Shown here in pieces: positions 49,647 to 60,490 of a stretch of 64,000 nucleotides of DNA. The position numbers and the translations under genes are program-made. Position 1 is the stretch's first letter, and each line of letters begins with the position of its first letter. The DNA comes from Mobula hypostoma (taxonomy: Eukaryota): positions 53,136,001 through 53,200,000 of the forward strand of contig NC_086097.1 of assembly GCF_963921235.1 (NCBI RefSeq), read 5' to 3'. A model generated the notes under the pieces. The model saw only the letters and a list, made by a program, of their open reading frames with translations. It did no database searches and was not told the DNA's origin.

Positions 49647-51204
49647 CACGAGAAAATCCGCAGACGCGGGAAATTCAAGCAACACACACAAAATGCTGGT
49701 GAATGCAGCAGGCCAGGCAGCATCTATAGGAAGAAGTACAGTCGACATTTCGGGTCAAGACCCTTCGTCAGGACTAACGGAAAAAAGAGATAGTAAGAGA
49801 TTTGAAAGTGGGACGGGGGGGAGACCCAAAATGATGGGAGAAGACAGGAGGGGAAGAGATGAAACCAAGAGCTGGGAAGCTGATTGGCAAATGGGATGGA
49901 AGGTCTTGGAAGAAAGAAAGGGGGAGGAGAGCACCAGAGGAAGATGGAGAACAGGCAAAGAGTTATTGTGAAAGGGAAAGAGAGGGAAAAAAATTAGGGA
50001 TGGGGTAAGAAGGGGAGGAGGGGCATTAACAGAAGTTAGAGAAATCATTGTTCATGCCATCAGGTTGGAGGCTACCCAGACGGAATATAAGGTGTTATTC
50101 CTCCAACCTGAGTGTAGCTTCATCTCGACAGTAAAGGAGACCCGAAATGATATACGGATTGACATATCGGAATGGGAATGGGACGTGGAATTAAAATGTG
50201 TGGCCACTGGGAGATCCTGCTTTCTCTGGCGGACAGAGCGTAGGTGTTCAGCGAAATGGTCTCCCAATCTGCGTCGGGTCTCGCCAATATATAGAAGGCC
50301 ACACCGGGAGCACCGGACGCAGGGGGACGAATGGACAAGGGAGTCACGTAGGAAGCGATCCCTGCGGAAAGCAGAAAGTGGAGGGAGGGAAAGATGTGCT
50401 TGGCAGTGGGATCCCGTTGGAGATGGCGGACGTTACGGAGAATTATAGTTGGACACAGAGGCTGGTGGGGTGGTAGGTGAGGACAAGAGGAACCCTATCC
50501 CTAGTGGGGTGGCGGGAGGATGGGGTGAGAGCAGATGTGTGTGAAATGGGAGAGATGTGTTTGAGGGCAGAGTTGATGATGGAGGAAGGGAAGCCCCTTT
50601 CTTTTAAAAACGAAAGACATCTCCTTCGTCCTGGAATGAAAAGCCTCATTCAGAGAGCGATACGGTGGAGACGGCGGAATTGAGAGAAGGGGATGGCATT
50701 TTTACAAGTAACAGGATGGGAAGAGGCATAGTCCAAGTAGCTGTGAGAGTCTCTGGGCTTATAGTAGACATCAGTAGATAAGCTGTCTCCAGAGATACAG
50801 ACAGAGATCAATGAAGGGGAGGGAGGTGTCGGAAATGGACCAGGTAAATTTGAGGGCAGGGTGGAAGCTGGAGGCAAAGTTGATGAACTCAATCCTTGCC
50901 TGTTCTCCATCTTCCTCTGGTGCTCCCCTCCGCCTTTCTTTCTTTCAAGGCCTTCCGTCCCATGATACTCCCCCTTCTCCAGCCTTGTATCCCTTTTGCC
51001 AATCAACTTCCCAGCTCTTGGTTTCATCCCTCCCCCTCCTGTCTTCTCCTATCATTTCAGGTCTCCCCCTCCCCCTTTCAAAACTCTTACTATCTCTTTT
51101 TTCTATTAGTCCTGACGAAGGGTCTCCACTCAAAATGTCGACTGTATTTCTTCCTATAGATGCTGCCTGGCCTGCTGCGTTCCACCAGCATTTTGTGTGT
51201 GTTG
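49647..51204 (-). mobile_element. Penelope-like element with an inverted copy of its 3' terminus at the 5' end
   Basis: 13-bp TSD cttcacctgtgaa (49634-49646, 51205-51217); arms ~49678-49960 and ~50895-51206 are reverse complements. Confidence 0.9.
49739..49776 (-). ncRNA. Minimal hammerhead ribozyme motif, sense to FERMT2 pre-mRNA
   Basis: UAGUC-CUGACGA-A-GGGUCUUGACCC-GAAAU-GUC^GACUG. Confidence 0.65.
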
Positions 51205-51725
51205 CTTCACCTGTGAATCTGCTGGGGTCACCTTTGTGCCTGATGCTTCCTATGCAGCATTAGTGAGATCTATTATAAATTGGGGGAATACTTCAAGCAC
51301 CTCAGCTCCATCCGCCTAAAGTGGAACCTCCCAATGGCCTAACATTTTAACTCGAATTCTCATTCTGACATGTTGGTCCATGGTCTCCTCTTGTGCCGCG
51401 ATGAGGCCACCTTCAGGATGGAGGAACAACACCTTAAATTCCATCTGGTAGCCTCCAACCTGATTCTTCCTCTGGTGAAAGCATTTCCCTCCCCCTCCCC
51501 ACTTCTTCTATTCCCCACTATGGCCTCTTACTTCTTCTCATCTGCTTATCACCTCCCCCTGGGTCCCCTTCTCCTTTCCTTTTTCCTATGGTCCACTCTC
51601 CTCTCCTATCGGTTTCCTTTCTCTCCAGTCTTTTACCTTTCCAACCCAGTTGGTTTCACCTATCACCTTCTTGCTATCCTCCTTCCCTCATTTATTCTGG
51701 CATCTTCCCCTTCCTGTCCTGTCCT

Positions 51726-51761
51726 GTCCTGATGAAGGGTCTCGGCCTGAAATGTCGACTG
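51726..51761 (+). ncRNA. Minimal hammerhead ribozyme motif (core intact)
   Basis: GUC-CUGAUGA-A-GGGUCUCGGCCU-GAAAU-GUC^GAC. Confidence 0.6.
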
Positions 51762-52401
51762 CTTACTCATTTCCATGGATATTGGCTGGCCTGCTGAGTT
51801 GTTCCAGTATTTTGTGTGTGTCACTCAAGATTTTCAACATCTGCAGATTTTCTCATGTTTATGATTCTATTCTTATCCGCTCACAAATCCAGTTACTCAG
51901 ACATGGCCTTCTCTTTACAAGTCCTTGGTTAATCAGGAAACTCTCTAAACGTTGCTTAGTGCCGTCACTCAATTCCTTCTAATAACTTGGCCACTTGTTC
52001 TTTGTTTTAAATGGTGCATTATTAGCTTGTGGAGAGAGTATATATAGAAAAAAAGATGATCAGCATGTTCACTATTCCCTCCTTAGATTTTCTCAATAGC
52101 TTGAGTAAGTTTGTTGATTTTCCTGGTTTGACAAATGTTAAATCCTCCATCACTGCACTAACCTTGCCCTTAATTACAGCATTTGCATTGTTCCTCTCTT
52201 GTGAAGGAAAAAAAATCAATATAAAAATATGTTATACACTAAAATGTTTCAACTTGAATTTTGTTATCTGCACGTACTATACTAGTTCTGATTTACTCAT
52301 ATGATATCTCACATTACAGACCATGAACAAAAGTTAACATTCAAATATAAACAAACATAGCATTCAAAATAATGATTCAGGACATTTCTAATTAATCATA
52401 C

Positions 52402-52543
52402 CATTTTGATTTCCCAATTTACATTCCACTGTTTCATGTTGCTGAACCTCCATGTCTTGATTGCATCTCCTGTGCTTGAATCCATCCTGATCAACCTATT
52501 ATAGGCTATGCCAATCAGATCATCTTTCTTGCTTCCTTGAAAC
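52402..52543 (-). CDS. FERMT2: Kindlin-2 penultimate coding exon (142 nt; FERM F3 with integrin-binding QW motif)
   Basis: tttag|G + [47 protein letters not shown]|gtatga. Phase-compatible with both neighbouring exons. Confidence 0.97.
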
Positions 52544-52949
52544 CTAAATTGCAACATATTGCATAACATTTTAAAGTAAAGGGCAGCTTGATGGCAGCGA
52601 ACATTATAAAAAGTATCTGAACAATAGGAAAACAATACTCTTGGAAACCACCAACAAGCAGCCACTTAACAGATATTAGGTTTATTATCAAAAATTAATG
52701 ACCCAAAAAATAATATATTTATCTGCATTAAATAAAGCAGCAAAACACTGGGACTAGCACGAAGAACTGAACTGCAGAGGATTGAATTACATTGGTACTC
52801 TCGAGCACCAAAGCCTCAAACAATTATTAACTACCTGACACATTCAAGAAAACAGCAAATTTACAGTTTAAGTTACCGTAAGTATTTATAGAATAAATAC
52901 ATTAGAATTCATTATTCCAAACTAAAAGTTAACACAAATAGCCTTATAA

Positions 52950-53329
52950 GACCATAAGACAAAGGAGCAGAAGTAGGCCATTCAGCCTATCTAGTCTGCT
53001 CCGCCATTTTATCATGAGCTGATCCATTCTCCCATTTAGTCCCACTCCCCCGCCTTCTCACCATAACCTTTGATGCCCTGGCTACTCAGATACCTATCAA
53101 TCTCTGCCTTAAATACACCCAATGACTTGGCCTCCACTGCTGCCCGTGGCAACAAATTCCATAGATTCACCACCCTCTGACTAAAAAAATTTCTTTGCAT
53201 TTCTGTTCTGAATGGGCGCCCTTCAATCCTTAAGTCATGCCCTCTCGTACTAGACTCCCCCATCATGGGAAACAACCTTGCCACATCCACTCTGTCCATG
53301 CCTTTTAACATTCGAAATGTTTCTATGAA
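52950..53329 (-). mobile_element. Young CR1-like 3' fragment
   Basis: Near-identical to the 3' part of 31552-32015; TSD cttataa (52943-52949, 53330-53336). Confidence 0.9.
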
Positions 53330-54631
53330 CTTATAAACTGGAAGACTGTATTACTTTAAATTTTTTGACAGAAACGAAAATTTCTCTTCAGAAAGCTGAT
53401 CAACAGCTGGGACAAACAGCTATCATGATCATGATTTTGTAGTATTTTCTGTTAAATTTCTAGACAATTCTAAGTATAGACTTTTTTGACATTTAGTGTT
53501 ATTTCAAAGACGTGTTCAGTAGTTGGCTATGAATGATGATGCTCTTGTCATCATGTCTATATAGGAATGCGCGTCAATAATAACTTCCAGGATGGAATGC
53601 TACAATATCTCAAAAGAAAATTCCCCATGAATGATTACTGCAAAATAATGAGTTACTGTAATTGCTGCATTAAAACTGCACTGTGATTTTCCAGGGAGTT
53701 TCCAGAGGATGCATCCCTCAAAAATGTATTTTTTCCTTCTGACCCCTTGCTGACCTTCCTACTGAAACTGCACAAATCATCCCCTGCTTAAGTACTTTCA
53801 AAAAAGAAGACACGATATTCGGATCAAAGTCAAAGTAAATTTATTATCAAAGTATGTACACACTACCATTTACAACCCTGAGATTCACTTTCTGGCAGGC
53901 ATTGCAAGGTTGTGTGTCTCATCAAACAAAGAAGGAAAATTACATGCATTCATATTTAAAGCAAAGATCAATGTCAGTTTATTGATGGCCAAAGCTGATG
54001 AAGCAGAATTATACATGCGTCAACAAATATGTACATACTTCCAAGTATTGGAAATGCAGTTCAAACTAGTCACTAGGAGAAAGATCACTCATCTTAAGGT
54101 TAGATTTCTATTCTTCCTTTTCCTCGACAGGTTAAAAAGTAGTCGACTTGCTAGTTATTAGTTAATTACTGCAATGTAGACTTGCTAGTTATTAGTTAAT
54201 TACTGTAATGCAGACCCGGTGTCTAGCCAATACAGATTAAAAATCTACTGGCAAACATCAGCTTTTGCTCTTTCCACAAATTTTGCCAATCCTACTGAAC
54301 ATTTTCAGTATTTTCGCCTTTTATTTAAGACTTACAGTATTTGCATTTGCTTGCTTTTATCTAAGCATAAGAACATCTTTGTTACACACCACCTGTTTAT
54401 CACCACTCTATGAGATGCGGTATTGTAGAAAATAGCACTGTTTATTTGCTACAACTTCCGCCAATTAGTCAAAGGGTCAAGGGACGCACTCAAGATGGGA
54501 GACAACAATCAAATGACTTAGGATGGAACTAGTGAAAACTTAAGTTTCATTGAGTGTCAAGTGATTGTTGTGACGTGTCTAGTATGGTAGTGTAGTTGGT
54601 AAGTGCTTGCTACTCCTACTTTCAGTTTCCA

Positions 54632-55185
54632 TCACTGGCTAGAAGTTTCAGGAAAAGGAGAGCTGAATGTGCAAGTCTTTCCCTGCCAGCACATGGCCTC
54701 TCCAACAGCAAGCCTCATGTAGTCCCTCCTCAGTGGTGTCACACGGAAACTGATACCTTTCAGAACTAAAGAAGACAGGCAGGGGGTCAGGGCCATGCAC
54801 ACGGAGCACGCTGGCGTGGGGATACGCCCTGCTGCTTTTGAACCAGATCCCCAGATATGGTTAAATAACTGCCCTTGTGGGCAGCCCCGGGAGATACAAA
54901 GGCTGTGGGAGTAAACCCAGACAAAAAATCCGGAGGGGAGCCCCAAGGCAGCTGGATGTCACTGAACATCCTTCCGGCAGCTCCTGCAGCCAAGCCGGTG
55001 CCAAATGTATTGCTTCACTTTCCTTGGACTGCACCGGTGAGGCAGAGCGGGGAATCTTGATGACTGGGCATCCCAAGATCTCCAAACCTTCTGCCGAAGC
55101 TTGTGCCCTAGAGGGGTCACTCCAGTGCGACTGTTCAACTATATTTCCATTGTCCTTCGAGACAGACCGATGCCATCAGTAGCCA
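54632..55185 (-). mobile_element. Probable RTE-clade 5'UTR-derived element
   Basis: GC-rich block (...tttggcaccggcttggctgcaggagctgccggaagg...gggtttactccc) resembling RTE LINE 5'UTRs from recall; not verified. Confidence 0.5.
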
Positions 55186-55653
55186 CGAGTCAGGATGCTG
55201 TAAACGGGAGAACTGCTACTGTGTGGTGTCAATAAGCAACAAGAAAAAAAAAGTAAGGAAATATAGAAAATGTTCAATGCTAATTGTATGTCCTAATTTC
55301 CTTTGACAGACTGAAAGCTGAAATTATACTGAAAGCTCGACTTTAATATATTTTTTGAGTAAACAAATAAATATCAACTTGGTCATGCTTCTGTGGCACA
55401 TCTTAGAGAAAGGCCATGATTATTTTTGGGTTGTCTAGTCAATTTTTGATCTTAAAACACATGGAAACAAGCACAGACCCTTGTTCCATCTTTGAAAACC
55501 AGTTAGATGGTAAGTTTATGCAGCTGCTGTGGAATAAATAAAATCACAAGTTGGTACAGACTGTACCTTTCTAAAGGTTAAAAGGATGGGCAACAAGCAT
55601 ACAACATCTCTATCTATATAGTTGTTAATAATTTGTGGAAGTTATCTTGTTAC

Positions 55654-55778
55654 CTTGCAATGAAATGAGTGATGCCAAACTCAGGTAATGATTGCCAGGC
55701 CTGAATAAACCTCATCTTTGCCTCAATGAGACTCATCTGAGCTACATTTTGATGGGCCTCAAGGATCCTGGCAGAGAT
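55654..55778 (-). CDS. FERMT2: Kindlin-2 third-last constitutive coding exon (125 nt; F2/F3 junction)
   Basis: ttttcag|[41 protein letters not shown](R)|gtaa. Kindlin sequence, ends in phase 2. Confidence 0.97.
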
Positions 55779-55793
55779 CTGAAAAGGAATAAA

Positions 55794-55817
55794 ATATATA
55801 TATATATATATATATAT
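55794..55817. repeat. (AT)12 microsatellite
   Basis: Read directly from the sequence. Confidence 0.95.
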
Positions 55818-56322
55818 TAAAAAAACATTTTTCATAGTTATACTAAGGAAGAGTTATCAGAAGAGCACTGAACAGTAACAAAAACTAAATAAGAGAATGG
55901 CAAAAACCTGAGTAAAGGTTAAAAACGGAGACATATTCAGGACTGCAAAGTTAGTTTTCTTTTGTTAAAAAACATTTAGCTCAGGAAAACCTTCCACTGT
56001 TATGTGATCAAATAGGTCAACAAACAGGCAGTTGTACATTCCTGTAAACAGTCTTCCATTTATGCTGATGGCCTTTAACCTATCGAGTTATTTCTTAGGC
56101 CTTCAATGTTAAAAATGGGAATAAATTTTGGTCTGAATTCTCCAGTGTCAAATTTAATCTGCATTATTCTCATTACTGATTGTTCTTTGTTTCCAAGTTT
56201 GGATCGAGTGGAGGTTTTCACTTCAGCATTAACACTTAACAATTCTGACACACAAGGCAGCCCACACATACAAATACACACAAAACATTCTTCCCATCAC
56301 AGAGACCAAACTGACCACTTAC

Positions 56323-56343
56323 CAAGTCCCTTACATAGCCTGG
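56323..56343 (-). CDS. FERMT2: Kindlin-2 alternative 21-nt micro-exon (PGYVRDL)
   Basis: Minus strand reads ...ttcctttgccctcttcatgctgccctcttcag|CCA GGC TAT GTA AGG GAC TTG|gtaagt. Long pyrimidine tract, consensus donor, phase 0/0. Matches the PGYIRDL insert of the longer human kindlin-2 isoform, which sits immediately before ITARILE. Confidence 0.9.
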
Positions 56344-57284
56344 CTGAAGAGGGCAGCATGAAGAGGGCAAAGGAAGTTGAAAGAAAATGCAGTAAGAATA
56401 AGGTTAAAAGCATCACACAAACAGTTTGTCACACCCATCCATCTGCCTCCCACCACTCAAAAAGATCCCCTAAAGCAACTAAATGAATTACTCATACAAG
56501 TGAAGTCATTAACAATGCATGTGATACATTGGACACGTTATCTGATCATCAAAATCTCATTATTATTAACTGGCATGGGGCTGACATCTGTTTTTGAGGA
56601 ACTCACAACTTGCTAGAACTTTGCTAAAGGGTTTCTATAGCATTTGTGTTTCCCAGATGGTAAGAAAGTGAGGAAAATAATGCTGTCTAAAATGTGTCCG
56701 ACCCTATGGAAACAGTATCTGATGCCATTCTGTGCTGAGATTATTACAATTATGTTTGGTCCTCCTCAATACAAGTTATGTTCTACAAACGAGTTTGTAC
56801 ATTATAGAAACCAACGTTGCAATTGTAAATTCCTGTTAATGAATATCACACGTCAAAATGAGCCCGATGAGTTAGCTCAAAAAATAGAGGGAGCCAAAAC
56901 TGTAAAAGATATGACAGACATTCAATAATAATAATGTTACAATTTATGTCACAAGTGATAACATGGGGTATTTAAGGAGAGGTATAAAATGTGAATGAAG
57001 GTCAGAAATGAACTAAATCAGAAAGCAGGTCAACAGTTATCTGGGGTGGGGGTGTGCACATTATATCTTTTGGAAGAGAAGGCTGAGACTTTACTCGATA
57101 TATCTAGCTTTTCCTTCAATAAGAAAATTGGATTTGCACTAGAATAGCCAATAATGTTCCCTTTTCAAGAGGAAGAGATCAAGAAAATCAGCAACAAATA
57201 CTAGTTATGGGAAATATTTACAAAAGGTAATAATCATTAGAAATGTGTACAACAGTTTGAAAACATTGGCACAGCTTTGTTAAA

Positions 57285-57480
57285 CAGTTGAGGCCAGTTC
57301 ATTGGCTATATTTAAGAGGGAGTTAGATATGGCCCTTGTGGCTACGGGGGTCAGTGGGTATGGAGGGAAGGCTGGGGCGGGGTTCTGAGTTGGATGATCA
57401 GCCATGATCATAATAAATGGCGGTGCAGGCTCGAAGGGCCGAATGGCCTACTCCTGCACCTATTTTCTATGTTTCTATGT
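57285..57480 (+). mobile_element. CR1-like 3' end
   Basis: ggctcgaagggccgaatggcctactcctgcacctattttctatgtttctatg. Confidence 0.85.
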
Positions 57481-58789
57481 TAAGAGTACTATGGGTTCTG
57501 GATACCTTAATCAACAAGATTTAAATTAGAAAGCACTTAACATAGGGTTTTCACGATTAAAATCAAAAATAGAAAATTTAACATCCAGCAGATTTTTAAG
57601 ATATTGGGGCTATTTCCACAGGTTTTCCTCTAAAGCAAGATAAAAAGATTTAACAAGTGGAGTGCTTAATTTAGGAAGTGTTTTTCCATTATGAACTTGG
57701 ACAGACCATTTGGTGTGCCAGTTCTGAAGGTCGCATGTTCAACAGTCAGTTAAAGTGAGAATAAAAGCTCCATTGTGCTGAAGTCACAAAGCTTTGGAAA
57801 GATTTCCTCCAGTGAGAGGAAGAGCCAGAGCCAGTATTTCAGAGAAAAATTGGATATGTACTTGAAGCAGAAGATGACAGCAAGATCATCACTTGCCTCA
57901 ACACATATTTTGCTGAAACCCTCCTCCATGTCTTGTTACCAGATGACAATCAGCTCATTCAGATATTAGCCTCCTGAAGAGTCTCACACTGTGCACTTCC
58001 TGCAATAGTGAAGCTATCCCAAAACCCAGCTGTCAATCTGACACTGCACTGATCTCTGGTGACTCATTGCTTGCATGCTCACTGACTCACATAGACCTCC
58101 GATCCAATAATGCCTTAATTTTAAAATATTTAACATGATGAACAAATCCTTCAATGACCCCACCCTTCTTTCAACTTTATATCCCATTCTGTTCTCCTTC
58201 TCTTTAGATCTCTGCCTTACTCCCTGTCCACAAAATTCACTGGGCTACAACTGACAAGCATGCTTTCAGCTGGAAGTTCACCCGTAAAACTTTTCCTGAT
58301 AGCTGTTTTTAACTTGGATGCTGCTTCTTTGACCTGCTTCTGATTAGCTTTTATAATTTCCCTCTATGTGATTTGGTACTTGATTTTGTTTGATAATCCT
58401 CCCATATATCTCAATCGAATATTTCTGCACTGGCAAAGCTATTTTATAAATGCAAGTTCCTGAGTGGGACAAGCACTCTATTAAATAGTGGGCACGGACA
58501 CCTCGGGGCAATGCCCCCTCTAATTACCAATTTAGTACACGGAAAGTCATTTTAAAATTCAGAAAATGCAATATTTTCTGTTCAACGTGTAGGCAACCTT
58601 ATTTCCAATCTTTTAATACAAAAGTTAAAAAATACCTTGCACATAATATTTAACAATACTTTTATTATTTCACAATTAGGCCAAAAAACTCCAAGACCAA
58701 GTACAGGAACTGAAGGTCATTTTTCACAACAGGAGGAACTCTGCAGGGACAAGGAGAATGTTGTAAACTGGAGCAAATGTGAAAATATG

Positions 58790-60490
58790 AAGCATACAGC
58801 CATGGTATCTTCAAACATGGAAACGCCCTCTGGTCCAACCTGTCCATGCCAATTGTGTCACCCAGTGATTTATTCCCATCTGCCCGCGTCTGGCACGTAA
58901 TCCTCTAAACCACTTCCATCAGTGTGCGTATCTAGATGGCCTTTAGATATGGTTAATGTGTCCACTGCTAACTTAATTTCTGGCAGTACATATGCACCAC
59001 AATTTGTGAGAAGAAGCTGCCCCATTAGTCCCCTTTAAATCTCTCGCCTCTGATCTTAAACCTATGCCTCTTGTTTTTTGTACCTCCTCTCTGGGAGGAA
59101 AGGCTATGTGCTTCCACCCTGTCTACATCCGTCACGATCTACAATTCCTCTGTCAGGTCACCCCCTCAATCTCCCACCATCCAGGGAATTAAGTCCTAGT
59201 CTACACAACTTCATCTTGTACCTCAGGCCCTCAAGTTAAGGCAACATCCTGATAAATCATATCTGCACTTTCACTACTTTAATAACATCTTTCCTTTAAC
59301 AGGGTGATCAAATCTGTACATAATACTCCAAGTGAGGCTTCACCAATGTCTGGTATAGCTGCATCATAACTTGTTAACTTTTAAACTCAGCGCCTTGACT
59401 GATGAATCCAATATGCCTAATGCCTTCTTCACCATTTGATATCTACTTCAGATGCCACTTTCAGCAAACTATGCAAGTGCACTCAAGGTCCCTCTGTTCC
59501 ATTACATTCCCCAGTGTACCGTTCACTGTACAAGTCCCTACCTGGGTTAGACCTCCCAAGATACCCTACAAATGGATTGAAAGCCATTCGCCAATCATCA
59601 GCCCATTTACCAAGCTGATTATAATCAGTAATTTTACATAACCTTCTACACTGTCTGCAATACTACCTAATTGACTATCGTCTACAAACTCATTAATTTT
59701 GCCTGGACATTCACATCTAAATCATGAATCTAAATTCACGAACAAGGGTCTCAGCACTGACCTTCGAGGTGCACCACCAGACACAGGCCTCTAGAGTGAG
59801 GAACAACCCTCAAACAACACCCAGCTACCCCCCTCCCCCACCCTGCTTTCTACCACAGAGCTAATTACTAATCCAAATAATGATCTCCCCCTAGATTCCA
59901 TGCAATCTGACCTTCAAGACTAGACTCTCATGAGGGAACTTGTCAATGGTGTTCCTAAAAGTCCATATAGACAACATCCATTGTCCTACTATTATATACT
60001 CTCTTGGTTATGAATTCCAAGAGATTTGTCAGACACAAGTTCCCATGCAAAACTGTGCTGACTATCCTGAATAAGACCCTGTCTCTCCAAATATCCCATC
60101 CAGCCCTAGTTCCATCACATCCTCTTTCTTAACATCGACATGTTCTAGCATATCAGCATGTTCTACGCTAATTTCACATTCGTCAATTTCCCACTCACTG
60201 ATGAATACTGAGGCAATGTATTCATCAAGGGCCTCCCCCATCTCCTCCAACTCCAGGCACACGCTTCCTCTTTTATATCTGATTGGTCCTACTCTCACTG
60301 TTCTCATCCTCCTGTTCTTCATGTACTGTATGTGTTTTTTGCCTTGGGGCTTTTCTTATTCTTACTTGCAAGGCCTTCTCACCCCCCCTCCCCCACCCCA
60401 CTAGCTCCGCTAAGTCAATTCTTCAGCTCCTTCCTGGTTACCATATAACACTCCAGAATTCAGTCTGATCCTTGCTTCTTCAACCTTAAG
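58790..60490 (-). mobile_element. Old degenerate CR1-like LINE
   Basis: RVGPIRYKRGSVCLELEEMGEALDEYIASVF and other degenerate CR1 motifs. Confidence 0.7.

Larger units (their letters stand above)
49530..51862 (+). mobile_element. Older Penelope-like 3' fragment, split by a younger Penelope insertion
   Basis: ...ccaaacagtccttccaggtgaggcaacacttcacctgtgaa | tctgctgggg...; terminus with a hammerhead at 51726-51761. Confidence 0.8.

Noticed and set aside
52544..52665. N-terminal extensions of the FERMT2 ORF-track entries (also 55779-55835)
   Set aside because: Intronic sequence upstream of the splice acceptors.
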